From: Myxococcota bacterium
Lineage (GTDB): Bacteria > Myxococcota > UBA4151
NCBI GenBank assembly: GCA_036338695.1
Contig: JAYZBQ010000024.1
Location: 1 to 18,934, forward strand
Length of the DNA: 18,934 nt
Direction of reading: 5' to 3'
Below, in pieces: positions 9,284-18,089 of the stretch. The translations under genes were made by a program, and so were the position numbers. Each line of letters begins with the position of its first letter. Position 1 is the first letter of the stretch. A model generated the notes under the pieces. That model searched no databases. It saw only the letters and a program-made list of their open reading frames with translations, and had not been told where the DNA came from.

Positions 9284-9856
9284 ATGAAGGCGCTGCTGAG
9301 CAAGACATCAGACGCTTGGGTCGAGGCCGTACTCGGCGACTTTAACGCCTTCTTGCTCGACCACGCCGCATGCGAGCGCAAGGCGTCTGCGATGGCGATG
9401 ACCTTTATCGTGCGCTACCCGGACCGCGACGCCATCCATGAGCCCATGATCCGCCTCGCCAAGGAGGAGCTCTCCCACTTTCACGAGGTCTTTCGCCTCA
9501 TCAAGAAGCGAGGCTTGCGGTTCCGCAAGGACTCCAAAGATAGTTATGTCAACGGTCTGCTCCGGCATGTGCGGCAAGGACGGGACATCGAGTTTCTGGA
9601 TCGGTTGGTGATGGCGGGTGTCGTTGAGGCGCGCGGGCACGAGCGCTTCGATCGCTTGGCGCAGGCGCTGCCGCCCGGCGAGCTTCACGACTTTTATCAC
9701 GCGATCGCTCAATCGGAAGCGCGTCATGCGCACCTCTTCCCCGACCTCGCTAAGCTCTACTTCGATGAGGTCACCGTCGCTGCCCGCTGGGATGATTTTC
9801 TAAGCTATGAAGCCGAGTTGATCGCGCAGCTCCCCGCGCAGCCCGCGCTGCACTGA
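9284..9856 (+). CDS. miaE: tRNA-(ms2io6A37) hydroxylase, ferritin-like di-iron enzyme
   Basis: LLDHAACERKAS, LAKEELSHF, DRLVMAGVVEARGHERF, SEARH, terminal ALH give the di-iron ligand pattern of MiaE. Confidence 0.92.
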   Translation: MKALLSKTSDAWVEAVLGDFNAFLLDHAACERKASAMAMTFIVRYPDRDAIHEPMIRLAKEELSHFHEVFRLIKKRGLRFRKDSKDSYVNGLLRHVRQGRDIEFLDRLVMAGVVEARGHERFDRLAQALPPGELHDFYHAIAQSEARHAHLFPDLAKLYFDEVTVAARWDDFLSYEAELIAQLPAQPALH

Positions 9857-9858
9857 TC

Positions 9859-11091
9859 TTGGCGCGCGCCCTCTCCAAGTACCTCGCTGGGCACGCCGAG
9901 GAGGAGGCTAAGCTCCGGCCCCGGCTGGCGCGCCGCTACCGCTTCGTCGTCTGCATCCCGGCTTGTGACGAGGAGGACACGCTGCTCGAGACGCTGCGCA
10001 ACCTCGCATCGACCGAACAAGCTCAAAACGCGCTGGCGATCGTCGTGCTCAACGCCAGCGCCGGCGCGCCCGAGCGCGTCCACGCCGCCAACGCTCGGTG
10101 CGCGCAGGCGCTTCGGTCCGCAGCGCAACTCGGCAGCTCGTGCAGAGCGCTGGGCTCGCTGAGCGGCCTCGATCTCCTGCTGATCGACCGCGCCGAGCCG
10201 GGGCGCACGCTGCCGCCAAAGCAAGGCGTCGGCTTGGCCAGAAAGATCGGCGCCGACGTGGCGCTCGCGTGGATCGCAGATGGCAGCGTCGAGACGCCGC
10301 TCATTTGGTCAACGGACGCCGACGTCGTCGTCCCGCCCGATTACTTTACGCGCCCCCTCCACGCATCGCTCGACGCCTCCGCCTTTGTGTTCCCCTTCAC
10401 CCACCGCCTCGAGGGGGACGCGTCGCAGCGCGCAGCGATGCGCTCGTACGATCAGTACCTGCGCTACTACCTCGACGGGCTTCGACGCGCCGGCTCGCCC
10501 TATGCCTTCCACACCATCGGCAGCACCCTCTGCATCGGCGCGACCGCCTATGCGCAGGTGCGCGGCTTTCCAAAGCGTCAAGCCGGTGAGGACTTCTATC
10601 TGCTCAACAAGCTCGCCAAGGTCGGCTCCATCGTCACGCTCACCGGTCAGCCGATCGAGCTGTCCGGGCGGACCTCGGACCGTGTCCCCTTTGGAACAGG
10701 CGCTGCCGTCCGGCAGATCCAGGCTCAGCGCGCACAAGGCTCAGCGTACACGGTCGAGAACCCCCTCGTCTTTGACGCCCTAGGCGCTTGGCTTGAGCTG
10801 CTCGACCATGCCGCTCACGAAGACGCCTTTGAGGCGCTCGAAGACCGACTCGAAGCGCTCGAGGCGCCCTATGCGCAGCCGCTTCGACGAGCGCTCGGCG
10901 CCGCAGGTCATCTCGCAGCTGCGCGCGCTGCCTTTGAGCAATGCCACGGCACCGTGCTGCGTAAGCGCCTCCATGACTGGAACGACGCCTTCCGAACGCT
11001 CAAGCTCATCCATCAGCTACGCGACGAGGGGCTCGACGAGGTCCCGGCTGACGAGGTCTTCGCTCCCGATCACTCGATCCCAACCGGGTGA
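9859..11091 (+). CDS. Glycosyltransferase family 2-like (GT-A fold) protein of unknown substrate
   Basis: VVCIPACDEE (IPxxNE-like), GVGLARKIGAD, DxD motif STDAD, GFPKRQAGEDFY. TTG start 2 nt after the miaE stop. Confidence 0.75.
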   Translation: MARALSKYLAGHAEEEAKLRPRLARRYRFVVCIPACDEEDTLLETLRNLASTEQAQNALAIVVLNASAGAPERVHAANARCAQALRSAAQLGSSCRALGSLSGLDLLLIDRAEPGRTLPPKQGVGLARKIGADVALAWIADGSVETPLIWSTDADVVVPPDYFTRPLHASLDASAFVFPFTHRLEGDASQRAAMRSYDQYLRYYLDGLRRAGSPYAFHTIGSTLCIGATAYAQVRGFPKRQAGEDFYLLNKLAKVGSIVTLTGQPIELSGRTSDRVPFGTGAAVRQIQAQRAQGSAYTVENPLVFDALGAWLELLDHAAHEDAFEALEDRLEALEAPYAQPLRRALGAAGHLAAARAAFEQCHGTVLRKRLHDWNDAFRTLKLIHQLRDEGLDEVPADEVFAPDHSIPTG

Positions 11092-11216
11092 AATCCGACG
11101 CGTGGTGGCTCCGTTGAACGGTTTGGTCGATGCAGACTTGCATCCGCACCGTGATCGACTTAGCAGGACGGACCCTTTGAACGACCGTTCTCTCACCATA
11201 TTGCTGGGGCTATGCG

Positions 11217-13988
11217 TTGACTCTCTACACTGACTATCTTGAGCAAATCGAAACCCGAAAAGCGAACGGTTTGCACCCGAAACCGATCGAAGACGCTGCG
11301 CTCGTTGAGGTTCTGATCGAGCAGATCATCGATCAAGGACACGAGCACCGCGCCAGCTCGCTCGACTTCTTCATCTACAACACACTCCCCGGGACGACCA
11401 GCGCCGCAGGGGTCAAGGCGAAGTTCCTAAAGAAGGTCGTGCTCGGCGAGGCGAGCGTCAGCGAGATCGGCGTCGATTTTGCGCTCGAGCTGCTCTCGCA
11501 CATGAAGGGCGGCCCTTCCGTCGAGGTGCTGTTGGACCTAGCGCTCGGCGAGGACGCAGATATCGCCGCCAAGGCAGCGGCTGTGCTCAAGACCCAAGTC
11601 TTTCTTTATGAGGCTGACACCGACCGGCTCGAAGCGGCGCACAGGGCGGGACACCCGCTCGCAACCGAGCTCCTCGAGAGCTACGCGCGTGCGGAGTTCT
11701 TCACCGAGCTGCCGCCCGTGGATGAGACCATCCAGGTGGTTACGTATGTCACCGCCATCGGCGACGTCTCCACCGACCTGCTGTCCCCCGGCAGCGACGC
11801 GCACTCGCGCTCGGACCGAGAGATGCACGGGCAGTCGCTGTTTGAGCACAACCAGGACAAGCAAAACGAGCTCCTTGAGCTCAAGCGCCAGCACCCGGAC
11901 AAGCGGGTCATGCTGGTCGCCGAAAAAGGGACCATGGGCGTCGGTTCGTCGCGTATGTCCGGGGTCAACAACGTTGCGCTCTGGACCGGCGTGCAAGCGA
12001 GCCCTTACGTGCCCTTCATCAACATCGCCCCGATCGTGGGCGGCACCAACGGGATCTCACCGATCTTTCTGACCACGGTCGGCGTCACCGGTGGGATCGG
12101 TGTTGACCTGAAGAACTGGGTCAAGAAGCTCGACGAGCGAGGTGAGCCCATCATGGACGAGGACGGCGAGCCCGTGCTCGAGCAGGTCTTCTCGATCGAC
12201 ACCGGGACCGTCCTAACGATCAACACCAAGACCAAGAAGCTCTACAACGAAGACAGCAGCAAAGAGCTGTGCGACATCGCGGCCGCGCTGACGCCGCAAA
12301 AACTTGAGTTCATCCGTGCTCAAGGCTCCTATGCGGTCGTCTTTGGCAAGAAACTTCAGAGCACCGCTGCAGCGATCCTCGGGGTCGAGATGCCGGCGGT
12401 CTACGCCACCTCCAAAGAGATCTCGCACGAGGGTCGCGGGCTCACAGCCGTCGAGAAGATTTTCAACAAGAACGCCGTCGGGACCACGCCGGGCAAGGTG
12501 TTGCACGCCGGCTCCGACGTCCGGGTCAAGGTCAACATTGTTGGCTCACAAGACACCACCGGGCTGATGACCTCTCAAGAGCTTGAGATGATGGCGGCGA
12601 CGGTGATCTCACCGACCGTGGACGGCTCGTACCAATCAGGCTGCCACACCGCCTCGGTCTGGGACCGAAAGGCGCAGCGAAACATCCCAAAACTCATGAG
12701 CTTCATGAACGACTTCGGGCTCATCACCGGGCGTGACCCCAAAGGCGAGTACCACCCGATGACCGACGTCATCCACAAGGTGCTCAACGACCTCACCGTC
12801 GACGACTGGGACGTGATCATCGGTGGCGACTCTCACACCCGCATGTCCAAAGGTGTCGCCTTCGGCGCCGACTCCGGGACGGTGGCGCTGGCGCTGGCCA
12901 CCGGCGAGGCGACGATGCCCATCCCTCAATCCGTCAAGGTGACCTTCAAAGGTACCCTCAAAGATCACATGGACTTCCGCGACGTCGTCCACGCCACGCA
13001 GGCGCAGATGCTCAAAGAGTTCGCCGGCGATAACGTGTTCCAGGGGCGGGTCATCGAGGTCCACATCGGGACGCTGCTGGCCGACCAAGCCTTCACCTTC
13101 ACCGACTGGACAGCAGAGATGAAGGCGAAAGCCTCGATCTGTATCTCCGAGAGCGACACGCTTGCGGAATCCCTTGAGATCGCCAAACGACGCATCCAGG
13201 TGATGATCGACAAGGGAATGGACAACGCCAAGGGCGTTTTGCAAGGTCTGGCGGATAAAGCCAGCGCCCGCATCGCTCAGCTTCAATCCGGCGCCAAGCC
13301 TCCGCTCACGCCCGACGCCGACGCGCATTATGCGGCGGAGTTTGTCGTCGATCTCGACCAGATCAACGAGCCGATGATCGCTGATCCGGACGTGCACAAC
13401 GAGGACGTCTCCAAGCGCTACACGCACGATACGATCCGCCCCATCTCGTTCTACGAGGGCTCCAAGGAGGTCGACCTCGGCTTTGTCGGCTCGTGCATGA
13501 TCCACAAAGGGGACATGAAGATCCTGGCGCACATGCTTCGGAACATCGAGAAGCTCCACGGGACGGTCGAATTCAAAGCGCCGCTGGTCGTGGCGCCTCC
13601 GACCTACAACATCGTCGACGAGCTCAAAGCCGAGGGTGACTGGGACGTGCTCGAGCGCTACTCCGGCTTTGTGTTTGATGACAGCAACCCGAAGAATACG
13701 GCGCGAACGAGCTACGACAACATGATGTACCTCGAGCGACCGGGCTGTAACCTGTGCATGGGCAACCAAGAGAAGGCAGCCAAAGGCGACACCGTGATGG
13801 CGACCTCCACGCGGCTGTTCCAAGGGCGCGTCGTCAAGGACGCCGAGGACAAAAAAGGGGAGTCGCTCTTAGCCTCCACACCGGTCGTGGTCCTGTCCAC
13901 GATTCTGGGGCGCACGCCAAATATCGACGAGTACATCGCAGCGGTCGACGGCATCAAGCTGACCAACTACGCGCCCCCAGCCAACTAG
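11217..13988 (+). CDS. acnB: Aconitate hydratase B (aconitase/2-methylisocitrate dehydratase)
   Basis: 923 aa. HEAT-like N-terminus, STDLLSP, GVGSSR, GSQDTTG, GGDSHTR, and [4Fe-4S] ligands in GSCM and PGCNLCMGNQ. TTG start. Confidence 0.96.
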   Translation: MTLYTDYLEQIETRKANGLHPKPIEDAALVEVLIEQIIDQGHEHRASSLDFFIYNTLPGTTSAAGVKAKFLKKVVLGEASVSEIGVDFALELLSHMKGGPSVEVLLDLALGEDADIAAKAAAVLKTQVFLYEADTDRLEAAHRAGHPLATELLESYARAEFFTELPPVDETIQVVTYVTAIGDVSTDLLSPGSDAHSRSDREMHGQSLFEHNQDKQNELLELKRQHPDKRVMLVAEKGTMGVGSSRMSGVNNVALWTGVQASPYVPFINIAPIVGGTNGISPIFLTTVGVTGGIGVDLKNWVKKLDERGEPIMDEDGEPVLEQVFSIDTGTVLTINTKTKKLYNEDSSKELCDIAAALTPQKLEFIRAQGSYAVVFGKKLQSTAAAILGVEMPAVYATSKEISHEGRGLTAVEKIFNKNAVGTTPGKVLHAGSDVRVKVNIVGSQDTTGLMTSQELEMMAATVISPTVDGSYQSGCHTASVWDRKAQRNIPKLMSFMNDFGLITGRDPKGEYHPMTDVIHKVLNDLTVDDWDVIIGGDSHTRMSKGVAFGADSGTVALALATGEATMPIPQSVKVTFKGTLKDHMDFRDVVHATQAQMLKEFAGDNVFQGRVIEVHIGTLLADQAFTFTDWTAEMKAKASICISESDTLAESLEIAKRRIQVMIDKGMDNAKGVLQGLADKASARIAQLQSGAKPPLTPDADAHYAAEFVVDLDQINEPMIADPDVHNEDVSKRYTHDTIRPISFYEGSKEVDLGFVGSCMIHKGDMKILAHMLRNIEKLHGTVEFKAPLVVAPPTYNIVDELKAEGDWDVLERYSGFVFDDSNPKNTARTSYDNMMYLERPGCNLCMGNQEKAAKGDTVMATSTRLFQGRVVKDAEDKKGESLLASTPVVVLSTILGRTPNIDEYIAAVDGIKLTNYAPPAN

Positions 13989-14081
13989 TCTCGCAGGCTA
14001 AAAAATCAGGGCCTGGTCTTGAGCGCGAGGCGCTGCTCCACCACACTCCGAGCGATCGCTTAGGTCGTAAGGAGTGACACC

Positions 14082-14963
14082 GTGCCGCTTGAGACAGCCC
14101 TCTCCAAAAAGCTGGGGCTCCGCTACCCGATCGTCTGCGCGCCCATGTTCATCATCTCCAACAAAGAGATGCTGCTGGCCTGCGCCGAGGCGGGCATCCT
14201 CGGAGCGATGCCGTCGCTCAACGCTCGGACCATCGAGGGTCTGCGCAGCGACCTTGAGTGGCTGCGCGCTCGGACGGACAAGCCCTTCGCCATCAACATG
14301 ACCATCGGCCTGACCGACCCAGAGCGTCTTCAGCAAGACGTCGCCCTGTGTGAAGAGTTCGAGGTCCCTGTCTGGATCACGAGCTACGGGAACCCGACCG
14401 AGTTTGTGCGGCGCGCCAAGGCCTGCGGATCGACCGTGTTCCATGACGTCGTTAACCTCAAGCACGCTCTCAAGGCACAGTCCGCTGGGGTTGACGCCAT
14501 CATCGGGGTCGCCGCCGGCGCAGGGGGGCATGCGGGGAAGATCAGCCCCTATGCCCTCTATCCGTACCTGACGGATCAGCTCGACGTCCCGGTCATCGCC
14601 GCCGGCTGCATCAGCACCGGTCGCCAGATCGTCGCTTCGCTCGCGCTGGGTGCCGAGCTGGTGTACATGGGCACCCGCTTCATCGCGAGCGAGGAGTGCG
14701 GAGCGCCCCAAGCGTACAAGGACAAGGTGGTTGCCTGCGGTCCGGAAGATATCGTCTACACGGACAAGGTCAGCGGCGTGAACGCCAACTTCATCGCCGA
14801 CACTCTGCCCGATCCAGGGGCTGATGGGGATGGCGCCAAGCGCTGGAAAGATATCTGGTCTGCCGGTCACGGTGTGGCCGACGTCAAGGCTGTGCGCTCC
14901 ATCGAGCAGATCGTCGACGAGCTCGTCCGTGAATACCACGACGCCGTGCAGGCGCTGAGCTAA
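14082..14963 (+). CDS. Nitronate monooxygenase family (NMO/FabK-like) FMN enzyme
   Basis: PIVCAPMF, AGAGGHAG, PVIAAGCI, YMGTRFIASEEC, DIWSAGHGV. AAGGAG RBS before the GTG. Confidence 0.9.
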   Translation: MPLETALSKKLGLRYPIVCAPMFIISNKEMLLACAEAGILGAMPSLNARTIEGLRSDLEWLRARTDKPFAINMTIGLTDPERLQQDVALCEEFEVPVWITSYGNPTEFVRRAKACGSTVFHDVVNLKHALKAQSAGVDAIIGVAAGAGGHAGKISPYALYPYLTDQLDVPVIAAGCISTGRQIVASLALGAELVYMGTRFIASEECGAPQAYKDKVVACGPEDIVYTDKVSGVNANFIADTLPDPGADGDGAKRWKDIWSAGHGVADVKAVRSIEQIVDELVREYHDAVQALS

Positions 14964-14995
14964 ACCGACACCGGCCCGCTCAGCTCGTCCGCGGC

Positions 14996-15898
14996 TCAGG
15001 CGTCAGCTTGATCTAGGGCGCGCGCGATGATCGCTTCTGTCTCGAGCCACAAGCGCTCCGCCAACTCATCATCGAGCGCCTTGGGGTGGATCGGGTCCAC
15101 CACCTTATTATCCGAGAAGTAGGCGCCGCTGACCTGCGCTAAGCCAGGATGCGTGGCGACGAGGCACTGCGTCGATGCACCTTGTGGCGTGGTCTTCATG
15201 AACGCCTTAAGCCGCTCATACATCGCCTCTTTGTTTGGAACGTGCCGCCCTAGGTTGGTGTCGATCACACCCGGGTGGACCGAATTGGCGGTCCTCGACG
15301 AGCCCTCGAAACGGCGCGCCAGCGAGCGCGCAAACAATAGATTAGCGAGCTTACTCTGCCCGTAGGCTGTCCAGGGGTGGTACCCTTGGGTGGCTGCGAG
15401 GTCGTCCAGCTCGATACCCGACTCTGGCGCCATCCGGTGGGCACCGCTCGAGAGCATCACGACCCGCCCGTCCTCGGCCAGCGACTCGAGGAGACCCGTG
15501 ACCAGCCGAAAGTGACCAACATGGTTGACGAAGAACTGCTCCTCGATACCATGGATCTGCTGGTGATCTTGCAGCGCCATGACGCCTGCGTTGGCGATGA
15601 TGCCGTCGATCGAGCCCAGCGCTCGAACCGTCGCCACGGCGGCGTCGACGCTCGCCAGATCACCGAGTTCGCAAGCGACCGCCTGTGCGCCCAGCCCGAG
15701 CGCGTCGAGCGCCTCGATCGCCTTCTCTTGGGTGCGTGCAAGCCCGATGATCTGAGCGCCTCGCAGCGCCAGGACGCGGCAGGTCTCGTGCCCGAGGCCG
15801 GAGTTACAGCCCGTGACGACAAAACACTTACCCGACAGGTCGATGCCAGACGTCACCGCTTCCGCTGTATCTTGAGCTCCAAAGGACAGTTCGGACAT
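14996..15898 (-). CDS. Short-chain dehydrogenase/reductase (retinol dehydrogenase/WWOX-like)
   Basis: TGCNSGLG, ANAGVM, NHVGHF, YGQSKLAN, SVHPGVI. True start probably ATG 15898 (MSELSFGAQDTAEAV); the track's 61-aa extension looks non-coding. Confidence 0.92.
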   Translation of the reverse strand: MSELSFGAQDTAEAVTSGIDLSGKCFVVTGCNSGLGHETCRVLALRGAQIIGLARTQEKAIEALDALGLGAQAVACELGDLASVDAAVATVRALGSIDGIIANAGVMALQDHQQIHGIEEQFFVNHVGHFRLVTGLLESLAEDGRVVMLSSGAHRMAPESGIELDDLAATQGYHPWTAYGQSKLANLLFARSLARRFEGSSRTANSVHPGVIDTNLGRHVPNKEAMYERLKAFMKTTPQGASTQCLVATHPGLAQVSGAYFSDNKVVDPIHPKALDDELAERLWLETEAIIARALDQADA

Positions 15899-16138
15899 GA
15901 GCTTACCCTGATGATCGACAGCCCGATGATGGACCGACCGTGAGCGCTGATCAAGTGCGCAACCGATCCGATTCCGGGTCGCCATCACAACCGGCTGACG
16001 CTCATCATCAAGCCTGCAATCAACGTATTCTCCTGCGAACGCCTTGCGAAGTTGCACAGCGCTCTTGTAATCAAATATCAAACTCAGCGGTGCAGCTTGG
16101 AACAGTTCAACCCGGTTTGTGACGCACAGGAGCCTGTC

Positions 16139-17089
16139 TTGCAGCTACACCTCAATCCCTCGCTTCCCACGATGATCCTCGGCATGGCTTGTATCGGATG
16201 TCAGGTCCCGCAGGCTGACACGTCGGGCTCACAAAGCCTCGCCGACACCGGCGCTCCACCACAGCGACCCGATGCTGAATACGGCTTATCAGAGCAACGT
16301 TTGAGCGTTGACGGAGAGCCGCGTGACTATGAGCTCTACGTCCCCGAAAGCTACAGCCACGACCAAGCGGCACCTGTCGTCCTGAACTTTCATGGAGGAG
16401 GAGGAAGCGCGCGTAGCCAGCGCGCCGTGTCCGACATGCGTTCACTGGCGGAGACCCATAATTTTCTGTTGGTCTACCCCGAAGGCACTCTTCTCGAGAA
16501 CGGATCGACGCACTGGAACCCATTACCACCAGGTGCTGAAGGAAAGAGTGACGCCAACGACTTTGGGTTCATCGCGGCGCTCATCGACGAGCTCTCAAGC
16601 CGCTATCAGATCGATCCTCTGCGTGTCTATGCGACCGGCTACTCGAATGGTGCGGGCATGGCTTACGGGCTCGCCTGCTATCTCAGTGATCGCATCGCGG
16701 CGATCGCTCCTGTCTCAGGTTCAATGTACGCTCAGATGCAAACGGACTGCCCCGCAAGCCATCCGACAGGGGTTGCGATCTTTAACGGGACCCAAGACGC
16801 TCAGCGCCCGTACGACGGCTTTCCGGGTTGGTTTCTCTCCGTCGATGACGCCGCCACATTCTGGGCATCGCATAACCAAACCGCCGCATCGCCGCAGATC
16901 GACGAGTTGAGAGACTCGGGCCGCGTGATCGAACGCACGCGTTACGGCAGCGACGGCGAGGCACAAGTCGTCAAACACAAAGTGATGGGTGGCGGTCATG
17001 AGTGGTTCGACCTCAACCTTGACGGCGCCAACCTTGACGAGACGATCTGGTCGTTCTTTGCGCAGCATGATCGCGATGGAGGCCGCTAG
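16139..17089 (+). CDS. PHB depolymerase/LpqC-family esterase, probable lipoprotein
   Basis: NFHGGGG oxyanion region, GYSNG nucleophile elbow, NGTQD Asp, GGGHEW His. In-frame TTG 16139 follows AGGAG; CIG|C lipobox-like motif. Confidence 0.85.
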   Translation: MQLHLNPSLPTMILGMACIGCQVPQADTSGSQSLADTGAPPQRPDAEYGLSEQRLSVDGEPRDYELYVPESYSHDQAAPVVLNFHGGGGSARSQRAVSDMRSLAETHNFLLVYPEGTLLENGSTHWNPLPPGAEGKSDANDFGFIAALIDELSSRYQIDPLRVYATGYSNGAGMAYGLACYLSDRIAAIAPVSGSMYAQMQTDCPASHPTGVAIFNGTQDAQRPYDGFPGWFLSVDDAATFWASHNQTAASPQIDELRDSGRVIERTRYGSDGEAQVVKHKVMGGGHEWFDLNLDGANLDETIWSFFAQHDRDGGR

Positions 17090-17112
17090 GCGGGGATGAT
17101 GACGGCGCCTAG
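17086..17112 (+). terminator. Inverted repeat overlapping the esterase stop codon
   Basis: CTAGGCG (17086-17092) / CGCCTAG (17106-17112) form a perfect 7-bp stem with a 13-nt loop. No U-tract. Confidence 0.3.
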
Positions 17113-17277
17113 TATGCCCTAGCACGGGTTCGAAATGGTATCGCTCTGGCGAACCAGTAACCACTAGCTGACGAGCCTTTGCTCACGTGGTCGACGTGGC
17201 ACTCAGCGAGCCATACCACCTTGCCCCCCTTGGTGGGCGAACTTACAAGAGCGTGTACTCAACGCATTCGGTGGTTC

Positions 17278-17694
17278 ATGTCCGCATCGACCTCACCCCT
17301 GTTTCACGACGTCGTGAGCGACCCCGATCAACGCGTCGAGGTGACCACCACCCTTTATCCGAACGCCCACGCCTGGATCGCCGTGAGCGGCTACGGCTGC
17401 TCTGGCGGCATGCGCGCCGCAGCGGTGAGCTTTGAAGCGGCGCTCGAGCGACTCGAGCCCCATGAACGCCTCCTCATTGGCGTCGACCTGGCAGGTGTCA
17501 CGGGCGCAAGCCTCAACGGACAGCTCCGCCTAGTCGCTTGGATGATCGCACAGCAACACCGAATTGAACGCATCGCGGTCGTGAGCGGCTCAACCGCTGC
17601 GCTGCAGATCGCCGAGGCGGTCGTCAGCCTCCTCCCCTTCGCCAAGAGGATCGCTTTTTACGCGAGCGATACAGAGGCTAGGGCGGCTCTGTAG
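17278..17694 (+). CDS. Hypothetical protein, STAS/SEC14 (SpoIIAA-like) fold
   Basis: 138 aa from ATG 17278. LLIGVDLAGVTG, RIERIAVV and C-terminal FYASDTEARAAL match the beta/alpha pattern and F-x4-EA-x2-W/L ending of STAS/SEC14 proteins. Confidence 0.6.
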   Translation: MSASTSPLFHDVVSDPDQRVEVTTTLYPNAHAWIAVSGYGCSGGMRAAAVSFEAALERLEPHERLLIGVDLAGVTGASLNGQLRLVAWMIAQQHRIERIAVVSGSTAALQIAEAVVSLLPFAKRIAFYASDTEARAAL

Positions 17695-17780
17695 CGCTAA
17701 AAATTCGCGCCTGGCTCGAGCCACTTTGAGTTCCGCTCGACGGGGCTCTGATTCGGTACCTAGTCACATCGCACGAGGCA

Positions 17781-18089
17781 GTGTGAACGTGCGACGCCGA
17801 CGGCGAGTTCGTAGGTGGTCGCTCGTTCCTTGAGAGTCAGGATAACCGTTACTCCGACCACAGGGTGGTCGATGAGCTCGAGCGCCGCGGCATGGACCGG
17901 CGCGAGATCACTGGCGCGAAGTCCCAGAATATGCGCTTTCCCGATGACGCGTTCATGACCGACGCCGGTCAGTTCGCCGAGGAGTTTCGGCCTGCTCCCA
18001 GCGTCTACGCCTTCATCAGCCGCGACAAACGTCAGCTCCACAGCTATTTTGCGAAGCTCTCCGACATCTACGAGGCGGCGACCGACTAG
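17781..18089 (+). CDS. Orphan protein; frame extends upstream of the track's GTG 17865 to an in-frame TGA (17784-17786). Either a candidate selenoprotein or a gene fragment
   Basis: The frame reads GTG-TGA-TCDADGEFVGGRSFLESQDNRYSDHRVVDELERRGMD...EAATD with host-like GC3 codons. I do not recognise the family. Confidence 0.4.

Noticed and set aside
12636..13823. 395-aa antisense ORF within acnB, and similar long antisense ORFs (5706-6632, 13998-14939, 1585-2241, 6672-7202, 1158-1628)
   Set aside because: These are shadow frames caused by high GC3 codon bias. They contain no motifs and lie opposite well-supported genes.
11217..14963. acnB next to a nitronate monooxygenase as a TCA-protection module
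   Set aside because: The only support is adjacency (93-bp gap). The NMO/FabK-like family is functionally broad, so the sequence does not support a link.
15908..15998. TGATGA and CTGA resembling C/D box motifs
   Set aside because: C/D guide RNAs are archaeal/eukaryotic. These short matches are explained by the hairpin arms.
15899..16138. N-terminal extensions of the SDR (to 16081) and esterase (from 16052) in the ORF track, which would overlap head-to-head
   Set aside because: Family similarity and RBS positions support starts at 15898 and 16139, so the region is intergenic.
17125..17140. GGGTTCGAAAT resembling a tRNA T-loop
   Set aside because: No complementary T-stem, acceptor stem or cloverleaf can be formed.
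17783..17833. Arg-rich 16-codon mini-ORF (VNVRRRRRVRRWSLVP) as a leader peptide
   Set aside because: Arg runs are the expected off-frame reading of GAC/GCC/GGC codons, and no amino-acid biosynthesis operon lies downstream.
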